Part shown: in pieces, positions 25,550 through 37,368 of the stretch
How positions within the stretch are numbered: the first letter of the stretch is position 1
How the letters are laid out: each line of letters starts with the position of its first letter
Assembly: GCA_951406725.2 (NCBI GenBank)
Contig: OX597819.1
Coordinates: 28,892,001 to 28,956,000 of the forward strand
Origin: Octopus vulgaris
Taxonomy: Eukaryota
Length of the DNA stretch: 64,000 nucleotides
Direction of reading: 5' to 3'
Position numbers and translations under genes: made by a program
Notes under the pieces: generated by a model
What the model was told of the DNA's origin: nothing
Databases searched by the model: none
Seen by the model: only the letters and a program-made list of their open reading frames with translations

Positions 25550-25663
25550 CCTTCTATATAATAAATTAATTTTACTCTGCTATGTATTGAGTACCTTACT
25601 TACTGTGGTTAACCCCGAATCAACCCGGGACCTACATATATATATATATATATATATATAATG

Positions 25664-25731
25664 TTATACTTGGAGATGGTCATATTTTGCCAATTAAGCA
25701 CATGCACTATGTATTTGGTCTTCACTTCAAC

Positions 25732-25765
<34 letters not shown>

Positions 25766-26110
25766 TTAGTTTCTTTGTCAAAGCTATTTCATTGCAAATC
25801 CTCTTCAGGAACTCTTCATTTCACATGCCTGTCAAGCACAAACACATTTTCAGATAGGGGTACACACCACAGAAAGACAAAATGAAATAGTCAGAGCAAG
25901 GGGAGACATGTGGGGAAAAAGAATCACTGAAGAGGCTACAGGATGTGTGATGAAAGAGCTTTGAGAAAAGAAACTACAAAAATAATAATAAACCTGAAAC
26001 AAAGACCAAATACAAAGTGCATGTATTTCATTAGCAAAATACAACAATCACCAAGTATAATTAATATCTGTTTGAACACGATTTCATACCAAGAATCTTT
26101 CAAAACAAAT
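25664..26110. mobile_element. Older head-to-head inverted pair of PLE-like repeats with degenerate HHR cores
   Basis: 25664-25850 is a diverged inverted copy of 25880-26060. CTGAAGA...GAAA cores at ~25777-25810 (-) and 25924-25964 (+). Homologous to 5055-5320. Confidence 0.6.
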
Positions 26111-26989
26111 ACATAAACACACACACACACACACACACATGTATGCACATACAAATACACACACACACACACACACATGCACATGCACACACATTTGGTA
26201 GAATACTTTCATTTATGAAATTGTTGAAAATGGACTTGGTGCAAGTTGAGTTGATAACTATTTTGAATACTATGCAATAGTCTGGTTTGTCTTCAGTTCT
26301 TCTCCAGTTTTTTTATAGACATGGATTTCTTTAAGAGAATTAAAGTATTGCAGAATTCTTTGTATAGCTGTATATAACACAACAGCTTTACACACTTTAT
26401 TTATAAGGACAGTAGATTTTAGTTTTAGTTTACTTTTTATTTAGCTAATTATTTATTGATTTTCATCCTTATTTTCTTCTGTCATTATTAATTTCAGTAT
26501 TTTCTTTTTTTTTTTTTTTTAATTCTGTCCTCTTTTCTCATCATAGTCATTTTTTCATCCTTCTTCAAAAAACTGGCATGCAGTTTTATCCAAATGGGAT
26601 TCTACATATTTTTGAAACTTTAAGTTTTTTTTCAATTATTTGATATATAGAATGCCTGTTCTGTTCCATTTTCACATTTGCCTGAAGGCTAGAAAGTTAA
26701 AACTAGTAAGTTGTAAATTTTGAAGTCTGATCTTAAAAAAACCCCCAAAAAAACAAAATACCAAAAACATGCACGCAGGTATACAAGTATGTTTTTTGTT
26801 ATTTTGAAACTCAAATTTTATGATTTGCAACATCTAGTTTCAGCCGAGTTACCCACTCTGCATAATAGAATTTGTGGTTGACTGAAAATTTCTAAGTTCA
26901 CTTCTTTGCCCCTTGTGAGAATAAAGTTTCATTAACACTAATGTAACAACTTGTCTAACTTGTATCAAAATGAAGAAATGAATCTAAAA

Positions 26990-27819
26990 TGTTGAATACC
27001 CAAAATTAACAGGAAACATTCTCTGTGGGACAAGCCCATTGTATATCAGGCTTTCACCATTAGAAGCCAGTCTGCTGACTGACATTATCCATTGAGGTTA
27101 TACTGCCACATGGTGCATCTTTGCTTCTCCCTTGTTCATCATGCTTCATGAAATTCTGTTTTCTGCTTGGAGAAACAGCAGCTGAAACAGCTGTCATGCT
27201 TCAAGCAGCTTTGAAGGCCACTGCTATGAGCAAACACAAGTTTACAAGTGGTTTTCATGCTTTAGGAATAGACACTTGTTGCTTGAGGACCAACCTTGTT
27301 CAGGATGACCATCAACCTCCCTAATGAATAAAAACATCATGAAAATCCATGAACTGATTTTGGAGGACTGTCACTGAACTACTGACAAACTTGTTGATAT
27401 GATTGGTGTGTCCTGGAGATCCTGCCAACGAGTTTTAAGTGAGGAATTGCAAATGAAAAGAGTTACAGCAAAATTTATGCTTCACTTACTCATGGAAGAT
27501 CAAAAGCAATCATGAGTGAATGCGTGTCATGAACTGAAAGAATAGCTGGAAGTTGATCTGGACTGTTTTTTGAAAGTCCTCACTGGTGTCAAAAGCTTGT
27601 GCTACAGAATTTGCAGATGTGGAAGAGGGGAAGAAAAAATGACAGCGGCATTAAAAGGCATCACTTCACAAGAGTTCCAGCACTGCATTGAATAGTGGAA
27701 AACATGTCTGGGGCAATGCATTGCTTCAAATGGAGAATACTTTGAAAGCGATAAAAGTGTAAAACTAAGCTAAGAAAATAATATTGCAAAATACCAATTT
27801 CTTTTGGGTACCTCTTGTA
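26990..27819 (+). mobile_element. Internally deleted mariner element
   Basis: MKFCFLLGETAAETAVMLQAA N-terminus, KRVTAKFM and VLTGVKS motifs. Right TIR ttttgggtacctcttg|ta. Confidence 0.75.
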
Positions 27820-28983
27820 TGTATATTTACACAAGTGAGGGCACATGGCTTAGTGATTGCAAGATTGTGATCTTGATTCCCAGATCAGGCAGTGCTTCAT
27901 GTTTTTGAGCAAAGTACCTTGTTTCACATTGCTCTGTGATTACATTGACATCTAATGAGTGGCACATCATGCATCTGTGCAGGCTATTCAGTAAGAAATT
28001 GTGGAACCCTCATCTACAACAGGAGAGTCCATCATATATATATATATAAATATATAAATATATATGCAAGTAGATGAACAAACGAAAGAAAGTAGTGCTC
28101 AACACATTTAGTCGGAGTTGTGTTTATTCACCTTTAGAATGCTTAGGCTCATCATAGCACTGTATGAGTTTTCTCCTCTGTAGCTGTAGGTGCATTGTGT
28201 TGCATTTAGAGGGGAGAAAACTCATATGACAACATGATGCATCTACAGCATGCTGAAGGTTAAATAACAGGTTGATTCAGCTCTACATCATGTAAAGTTT
28301 TGTAGGCACAGAATGCATCTACATTCAATGAACGAAATCAAGGTGTAAAGAATATAAAAGAAATTTTAAAATAGCTTCTAGGTGTAAATATTTGGGCCAC
28401 CATCGGTCACTCCAGGTCATTTCAAAGTGAAATGAAAATACAAAATACTAAAAAATACAAATGCAGAAAAAAGTGTTAGAGTATGTTGGCTGAAATAAGT
28501 GGTGATAAGAAAGGCTGAAGGGTACTAAAGGAAGAATGATTGATGTGTGTTAAAGCGTTAAGTCAATTGGTTTGTTCAGATTGACCTATTTATCTATAGT
28601 TATTTATCATATTTGGTGAATAGCCATGTTGTTGGTTACAGACTTCCAACAGGCCTTTCACTGATTCACTGCCTTTCTGATGATGAGAGCAATATGGGAA
28701 TGTTTATTATTTGGTGCGGAACACATATGACAAGACACTTCCTTCATAAAACGATGACTTTTTAGTTTTCTCAATGTGTTGTATTTCATGCTAATATACT
28801 CATCTCTCTGGGGTCGACTTTGCCTTTCATCCTTTCGGTGTCGATAACTTAAGTACCAGTTGCATACTGGGGTCGAGATAATTGACTGCGCCCAACTCCA
28901 CCAAAATTTCAGGCCTTGTGCTTAGAGTAGAAAAGAATATATTCATCTCACTCCCTCTCATATAAACATATATGTATGTGTAT

Positions 28984-29372
28984 ACTCTTTTACTCTTTTA
29001 CTTGTTTCAGTCATTTGACTGCGGCCATGCTGGAGCACCGCCTTTAGTCGAGCAAATCGACGCCGGGACTTATTCTTTGTAAGCCCAGTACTTATTCTAT
29101 CGGTCTCTTTTGCTGAACTGCTAAGTGACGGGGACATAACCACACCAGCATCGGTTGTCAAGCAATGCTAGGGGGACAAACACATACACACACATATATA
29201 CATATACATATATACGACAGGCTTCTTTCAGTTCCCGTCTACCAAATCCACTCACAAGGCTTTGGTCGGCCCAAGGCTATAGCAGAAGACACTTGCCCAA
29301 GATGTCACGCAGTGGGACTGAACCCGGAACCATGTGGTTGGTTAGCAAGCTACTTACCACACAGCCACTCCT
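28984..29372 (-). mobile_element. SINE family A, full length and young
   Basis: Near-identical to 46120-46533 and 58788-59193. Confidence 0.92.
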
Positions 29373-29869
29373 GTGTATGTACAAGATTTTGCATAAAGCA
29401 TGGTCTGATATTGATAAATGCTTTTAGTTTTTTAAAAGTAGAAACAATGTGAGTTATGAGTAACAATACAAGTTGAAGTTTTATACTTTTAGTTTGTATT
29501 TCATATTTTGGTGATAGGACCTCTTCTTCAGGAAATTGTCTGAGATTTTGTGTTGTGAGCTGACTTCTCTGTTCTGTAGTGTGTATACATTCATCTCACA
29601 AAAAACATATCTTTAAAGATTTCCTGAGGAACAGACCTGAACCCTCAAAATATTGAAATACTAAGTAAAAGTAAAAACAATTGACTTGTATTGCTTCTTA
29701 TAAATTTGGTTTAAAAGAATATATCTATAATCTCTCTCCCTCTCTCTCTCTCTCTCTACATATATATATATAACAAAAAATACGTAGAGAAAAAATTATA
29801 TCTATTATAGATCTCACCTTATAAAACTGACAATTGCTTCTGTTGCATTAACATATATATATATAATAA

Positions 29870-30185
29870 AATATTAGGGAATAAATCCAAACTTACAGGA
29901 AAAAATCAGATTTAGGATTAAATCCAATTTTATAATATAAATATATTATATTATATTATATTAAATTAGAGATAAAACCACTATTAGGCAAATCAAACAA
30001 TGAAAAACATAAGCCAATACATAAAATTAATTAATTTATATTATTTTAAATATATATCAAAAGTATTAAAAGTTTAATAAAAGATAAAGAGTAAAACACT
30101 ACGATCGTTTCATGGCTGTACAATTCGTAATAATTCGAGTTATGGTTACAGTCAATCTTCAGGTTAATTGAAATATCTAAAATAT
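29870..30185 (-). mobile_element. AT-rich PLE-like terminal repeat in (TA)n carrying an HHR
   Basis: HHR at 30097-30166. The 3' end (agggaataaatccaaacttacagg) is homologous to the reverse complement of 15510-15560. Confidence 0.6.
30097..30166 (-). ncRNA. Hammerhead ribozyme with long stem II
   Basis: Reverse complement reads aac CUGAAGA uugacugua...uacagccau GAA ACGAUCGU A gug. Palindromic stem III and GUA site; local stem I is weak. Confidence 0.65.
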
Positions 30186-30198
30186 AATCATATACATT

Positions 30199-30251
<53 letters not shown>

Positions 30252-30318
30252 TTAATAAGGGTGAGAGAATTAGATACTAATTTAATATAGAGTGAGCCAC
30301 ATAGTGACCACTCTCTTA

Positions 30319-30349
<31 letters not shown>

Positions 30350-30351
30350 GT

Positions 30352-30888
30352 GCCACTCCAAAACAGTTGAAGGAATCCGGGGTAGAGGCAGACCCAGGAA
30401 GACATGGGATGAGGTGGTCAAGCATGACCTTCAAACGTTGGACCTCACAGAGGCAATGATGAAAGACTGGGATCCCTGGAGATATGCTGTGACTGCGAAG
30501 ACCCAACAAATATCGTGAGTTCATGACTGTTTCCTGCACCAGCTTCATATAGCAGCCCCAGCCCATCCAAAATACCTTTGATCGCAGAACGGCCTGCTGT
30601 GCTTACCTTGGATTGTAGGGTGACCTGCTGTGCTTGAGGAGCCTTATTGAGTTAAGTACATCAACATGAAAATAAAAATCAAATGGAAATTGTAGTCGTG
30701 ATACCTGTGCCAGTAGCACATAAAAACCACCCACTACACTCACGGAATGGCTGGCGTTAGGAAGGGCATCCAGCTGTAGAAACACTGCCAGATCAGACTG
30801 GAGCCTGGTGCAGCCTCCTGGCTTCCCAGACCCCGGTTGAACCGTCCAACCCATGCTAGCATGGAAAACGGACGTTAAACGATGATGA
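30352..30888 (+). mobile_element. RTE LINE ORF2 C-terminus and 3' tail (two joined pieces)
   Basis: GRGRPRKTWDEVVKHDL motif; a second piece starts at 30604 and ends in (GAT)n. Confidence 0.8.
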
Positions 30889-32704
30889 TATATATATATA
30901 TATAATATTAACAATATATAAACATATATGCATACATACACATATATATGTATATACCTGCTTATATGGGCACAGGACATCACGAAACGTAAACAGCTAG
31001 AATTAGTGCAGCCTCTAACTTGCCAACTCCTGTAAACTATCCAACCCATGCCACCATGGAAAATATTAAGTCAAGATGATGATGATGATATATGAAAGGT
31101 TTCCACATTGTTTGAGCCAACTACATTCCAGTCACAAGGTGCTGACCAACCCAAGACTAAAGTAAAAGACACTTGCTCAAGGTGCTGTGCAAAAGAATTG
31201 AACCTATAAGCTGATGGTGGTAAAGCAAAGGTCTTAATTGCACAGCCATGCCTACACTTCACATTTATGCATTTTGACAGAGTTCACTGAAACACAGAAT
31301 GACTAAAAATGATGGCAATCATGTACTAAGACTATTAAAATTATTCTAATGCTTATCATTTACTAAGTGATCTTTTGTTAATTAATTCACCAAAAACAGC
31401 AATACTAATTACCTTATTCTAACAGCAAACTGTCCAAGAAAAATGTTCACATGAATGACTGAACCAATTTCCAATGCGTATTTTGTGAGTATGTGTAGTT
31501 TTTCCTTTTACATTTTGTTTGCTTGTTTCTGTTTATCAAGTTTTTTATTTTATTATTTTTTTATTGACAACAAGCTTAATGCTTTACTGATGGTGGTTGG
31601 CGATGCTGTGTGGGTTTGGGCAGTTAGTAACTGACATTAGTTGGAAATGGAAATGGTAGTTAGTTGTGTGGGTTGGTGAATGTTGGTGATGGTGTTAGGG
31701 GAGAGAATGTTATTGGTTAGGAAATGTTACTGATTGGCAATTACAGTGAGTTTCTAGCAATAGTTGGTTGGAAATTGTAGACGGACAACAATTGAAGATG
31801 CTGCCAAAGATGATGCTTTTAGAGATAATTGGTGGTGACGATAGTAATTATGTTAGGGATAGCGAGGGAGGTGGGATATATATATAAAAAAAAAAAGATA
31901 TGAATTTTCATATTTCTGCTCAGAAGTGGATGAACCACAGCAATTTCAAATGTATGTATTATTAGGGCAGTGTCCGTTGTTAATTCCGGGGATTAATATG
32001 TGCTGCAAAGCATATGGATTATTCATCAAAGCAGTTAAATTTTATGTAGTAATTAATATTCCGTCATAAAAATCCATTTTAACCTCTCTTTATGGTTCTG
32101 ATAATTAAGTGCAACAATGAAAGATTTTCCAGGTTGACCGGTCAAAGGAAGATTTCTCTCTGCAGGAAACAAGACTTGATAGAATGTATTTATGGTTCGT
32201 ATAGAATACTCAATGGACAACATGTGGGAAACATGCATTTATATATTTGCAATAATTAGGAATTTTTAAATTAACTCCTGATTTCAAACCTGCAGTTTGT
32301 TGTTGTTGTTATTGATATTGTTGATGTTGTTGTTGTCGCGAGGTTCCAAGGTCAGATAACTATCACTCATCAAGCCAAGTGAAATTGTAGTCGTGGCCAA
32401 TGCCAGTGTCACATAACTGGCATCTGTGTCTGTGGCATATGAAAAGCACCCACGCCAATGGCACATAAAAGCACTGGTGTCAGTGACACATGAAAGCACC
32501 CATGCTTGTGGCATGTAAAAAGCACCCCTTACTCTCTCTAAAATGGCTGGCATTAGGAAGGGCATTCAGCCATAAAGACAATGCCAAATCAGACTGGAAT
32601 TTAGAACAGCTAATTAGCTTACCAGTTCTAGTCAGGCTGCCTAACCCATGCCAGCATGGAAAATGGACACTAAATGATGATGATGATGATGATGATGGTG
32701 TCTT

Positions 32705-33140
32705 TAACTTTTACTTAAGCTCCTTGCAGCCTATGGAGTGTAGGGCATTGGCAACTTTCTTCCTCTGTCCTCAGCTCTAGGCTATCTTTTCTGCGTCTCT
32801 CCAGTTGGATCCCTGCCCATCGTAGGTTCTTTTTGGATCTTGCAGCATCATGTCATATGTTTCCCTGAGAGAATCTCCCTCCCCGCAACCTTTCCTAGGC
32901 CCAGTCGGTTTTGAATTGAAATTGATGCTTCTGTAACTTTGTTTTTTTTTTAAATTTTTTTCCAGGGGTGTTCATTGTACACAAACCCATTTTTACCTCT
33001 GGGAAGAGGTGGCCCATATTAATCTGGCCCCTAATCTTTGACCTGTGCAGCATGGGAGGCCCTACCAAGAGCTTGCATTCTGCTGGTATTGTTCTCAGAG
33101 CCATTGAGGTACACAAGCCATCATACCACAACAAGAACTG
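32705..33140 (-). mobile_element. Bipartite (5'UTR plus 3' end) non-autonomous RTE derivative
   Basis: The minus strand has an RTE-type 5'UTR motif (ggcttgtgtacctcaatg...ggtagggcctcccatgc...caggtc...ccagattaa) joined to an ORF2-end-like WRDAEKIA...ALHSIGC. Confidence 0.5.
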
Positions 33141-33219
33141 GACCTTGTGGTGGATAATACCTCTAGGACCATCATTATCCAATGTGATCATATTTAAGAA
33201 GGTAGGATTTAGTAGTGAA

Positions 33220-33525
33220 GCTGCATGGCTTATTAGAGTATTTGGCTCCCGATTGCGAGCCCATAATTCAATTCCCAGTGGTGCATTGTATCCTTGAGCA
33301 AGACACTTTATTTCACATTGCTCCAGTCCACTCAGCTGGCAAAAATAAGCAGTACCTGTAATTCGATTGTCACATTTGCTGTCATGCTGAATATCCCTAA
33401 AAACTATGTTAAGGATATGAGTATCTGCGAAGTGTTCAGCCACTTGCATGCTAATTTCATGAGCAGGCTGTTCTGTTGATTGGATCAACTGGAACCCTCA
33501 TTGTCATAACCAAAGGAGTGCCAGG
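33220..33525 (+). mobile_element. SINE family C-related, diverged
   Basis: 3' body ttcatgagcaggctgttctgttgattggatcaactggaaccctc, as in 18581-18963. Confidence 0.7.
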
Positions 33526-34331
33526 ATTTGATTTAAGGCATATTTGGCTGTTATTTTTAGCAACGTGACTAACCAAGCCTCATTCCTTGAGGTTAGTATG
33601 CAAGGTCAGACAACTCCATTGTTTTGATTTCCTCAATATATTTAGAATATATTTCACCCATTCTTGGCGAACAAAGTAGAAATAAAAATGACATCCAAAT
33701 AATTACTCTGACATTTTAAAAATATTCTTTACATGTTTTACTCAGAGGAGAAAGGGCTATGTCCCTAATTTATTTCAAGGCTTCTTTGACTGATGAAAAG
33801 AATAGAAGAATTTTTCTCAGATTGGTAACCTGACTTGAGTATACTCCACAAAGTCATTCCACTCCTAAGGACCAGGTGGAGGTGTTAGACAGGGTGATGA
33901 AATAAGCCTACTTCTAAAATGTGTCTAAATATGCAAGAGTCATTTAACTTATTCTGGCATGTAAAGCAAGGTAAAAAATTGTGTTATGTGTTTTATGCAT
34001 GTGCATTTAATCCTTTTATTGGCATGTTTTTTTTTTAAACTACACTGCCTTTATTTCTAATCACTTGGAAAATAATGCAAAATTTGGTAAACTTTGTCTG
34101 CATTAACCTGGTTTTATCTCTATCTTCTTTTGTACTTGTTTCAGTCTTTAAACTATGGCCATGGTGTGGTACTACCTTGAAGGGTTTAGTTAAACAAATT
34201 GACCCTAGTAATTATTCTATTGGTTTCTGTTTTGGGAGTATAAACAAACCGACTCTAGTTATCAAGTGGTGGTGGGAGACAAACACAAATGCACACATTC
34301 ATAGATACAAACATACATTAGATATACACAT

Positions 34332-35015
34332 AGGTGCAGGCATAGCTGTACAGTAAGAAGTTTGCTTCCCAACCACATGGTTCCAGGTTCAGTCCCATTG
34401 CATGGCACTTTGGGCAAGTGTCTTCTACTATTGCTTGAGGTTGACCAAAGCCTTGTGAGTGAATTTAGTAGATAAAAACTAAAAGAAGCCCATCGTTTCC
34501 ATATACAACATGGACTAACATTTTCTTAAGAAAATACGAAATTACAATAATTTCAATGCCATCATTAGTGAAAGTGAAACCGGTTGACAAACACAATACA
34601 AAATATATTAAAAATATATTAAAAAATACATTAAAACTATGTAAAGTGTGTGCATTTTCCTTCTTTTATTTTATATATATTTTTTGCATTACAACTCAGC
34701 ACGTGGGTATAATTGAAATTCCTCCTATTGTGTAACTATATGTATATATGTGTGTGTGTGTATGTATGTATGCATATGCACATATTTATGTGTGTATGTC
34801 TTTGTGTCTGTGTTTGTCCCCCATTCCTTCTTGAAAACTGGTGTTGGTGTGTTTATATACCTGTAACTTAGCAGTTTGGCAAAAGAGACCAATAGAATAA
34901 GTACTAGGTTTTAAAAAAAATAAGTCCTGAGCTCAATTTGTTTGACTAAAAGCCTCCCTTCAAGGCACTGCCCCAGCATGGCCGCAATCAAATGACTGAA
35001 ATAAGTAAAAGAAAT
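34332..35015 (+). mobile_element. SINE family A with a ~240-bp insertion in its central microsatellite
   Basis: Head 34332-34496, foreign sequence ~34500-34740, 3' body to 35015. Confidence 0.8.
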
Positions 35016-35022
35016 AAATGAA

Positions 35023-35056
<34 letters not shown>

Positions 35057-35241
35057 CGTCATCATTTAATGTCCATTTCCCATGCTAGTATGGGTTGGAT
35101 GGTTTGACCAGACCTGGTAAAGCTGGGGTCACACCAGGCTCCATTGTCCTGGTATGGTTTCTATGGCTGGATGCCCTTCCCAGTGTGTACTGGGTGCTTT
35201 TAACATGATACACGCACAAACACACACACACACACGCATGC

Positions 35242-35272
<31 letters not shown>

Positions 35273-35549
35273 ATGGGCTTCTTTCAGTTTCTGTCAACAA
35301 AATCTTCACTCTCAAGGCTTTTGTTGGTCTAGGGCTATAGTAGAAGATACTTGCCCAAGGTACCACATAATGGGACTAAATCCAGAAGCAGCACTGAGTC
35401 ATAAATTAACATGAACTTTTAATGGAAAGTTTTAAATTAAATTGCTTTAAATCAGGAAGTTTGTAACAGAGAACCATGGGTAATCTTAGGTGGGTTGGTT
35501 TCAAAAGGGTTAAATGATCTTTATTGGGTTCCATCACTATGTGTAGTTT

Positions 35550-37050
35550 CATAGTAAAGCTTTGGACACTTTTAATGGAAGGCCTGTACATACAAATTAC
35601 ATGGTTATCCTCATCACCATATATTGATGCTAACTTGCAATTGCATTGTGTTTGATGACAGACACACATGCATAAATCCTGTTTGTATCCTAAGTTATTA
35701 TTGTTGTGGCATTACTGTCCACCATCAGGTCACATCAAAGGAATATATTTGTTGTTTACATTCTGATGCAAATCTAAACAGAAAAAAATTCTCAAATCCA
35801 GTTTTGCTTTCCTATGACATTTTTACCTTCCTTAATTCATCCACTAGCTTAAAGTCTTGTATCAACTTCATCCTCCTCTTCTTTATCTTTGAAGCAATTG
35901 ATATTATACTGCTATGGGTAGTGTATTTGAACACAAAAACATATGAGTTGGTAGTTCAATACTATTCATAGTCACAAGGTAATTCCACTTTAAGCAAGAC
36001 CTACTTAGGGTCTTTTTGTTTGATTTCTCTCATTTCTTTGTTCTTCCTTAATTCACATCTTAGATTATTTCAGTGGCATTTCTTACTTAATCTGATCATC
36101 CAATGTTATGAATTCCCAACTGACCATTGTTCATCTGATGCTTCACCTTCTCTGACCTCCTATCTTTAATTGCCTGTCTTAGTTAACTTTTTATAATTGA
36201 TTCTAAAGATTCTAAACATCATATATTTCAAAGGTGGACAAAGTTGATTAATTCCCTCCAGTACTTGACTGGTATTTTATTTTATCAGACCTCAAGTAAT
36301 AAGATAAAACTGATCTTTGTTCTATTATCCAGAGTTGATTAAAATAAGGCAAAATTGGCCAAACTAAAGTCAAAACTTAGAGCCATAGCTAAAATACCAC
36401 AAGATGCTCGATTTGGCCCACTGATGATTCTGGCATACCCAACAGTTAAGAACAAATCTTCTGTCATTTTAATTACTCTTCCACCAGTATCATTTTGATT
36501 TGTCTGCTTCCATTTCTTATGACCAACACTATTTTACATCTCCCATATATCCAATGTAAAACACATCAGCAAGCCTTTTACTCTGATTCTATTGTATTAT
36601 TTTTAGCTTTATTTTCCTGTTTAATCTTTGAACCTAAATATATTTTTAATCTATATTAGAAAGCACAGCCTTTACCAGGGTATTTGATATTGTGATATTA
36701 ACTGACTCTCCCTCTGATTATAACAAAAGTGATTTGATTATTCACTTCATCAAACAAGAATTTGATTGTCTAATTTTCTGAAATTTGTTTCATTGGTAGT
36801 AAATGTATGTGGAATATAAACCAAAGTTTAATTTCTCCATAATAGATCTTACTCTATCTTCAAAACAATGTGTTTATTAATGGAACCATTATTAAATCAT
36901 TTCTTTATTTACCCTTACTCTAAATATGTTAACTTAACATGCCACAGTGTATTCGCTATAATGACATTATTATGTTTCCACAACTAATACCCGCAATAAA
37001 GGTAAATGTCTCCTAAACCCCAAATGAGTTCCCTAAGGAAGACTACATAG
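35550..37050 (-). pseudogene. Possible very old non-LTR retrotransposon RT remnant
   Basis: Only weak motif matches: IIRGESV (QGDSLS-like) and IGYMGDVK (LYMDDLK-like). Confidence 0.3.
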
Positions 37051-37148
37051 TACTTTTGGTTTCAGTGTTTGTTTTTGTTTTCCATATGTTTATTATTTAT
37101 TGACCTGTGCAAGCCCTCTGAGATGGGAATAATTATTTTTCCATTTAA

Positions 37149-37368
37149 CCCTTTAGTGTTCAGATTACTCTGTTAAATGTAATACTTTTTCATTCAAATT
37201 GTTTTTAATTAATCATGCATTATCTTATAGCTTTGAGGTTTCAATGACGTGATTATTCATTTTTAGAATGTCAATGTCGGTTAGGTGTGAAAGGCCTGAT
37301 CTGGTCAGTTTAAACATAAAATAGGTAGAAAACTTCAGCCGGATATGGCCAGTTTAAATACTAAAGGG
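37149..37368. mobile_element. piggyBac-type MITE (paralog of 7309-7527)
   Basis: TTAA|CCCTTTAG ... CTAAAGGG|cTAA. Confidence 0.8.

Larger units (their letters stand above)
22154..25640 (+). mobile_element. Non-autonomous PLE-like element with a large inverted 5' duplication and terminal hammerhead ribozymes
   Basis: Arms ~22154-23510 and ~24110-25566 are reverse complements, differing mainly in microsatellite lengths. HHR near each outer end, 3' tail 25572-25637, (TA)n flanks. Confidence 0.75.
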
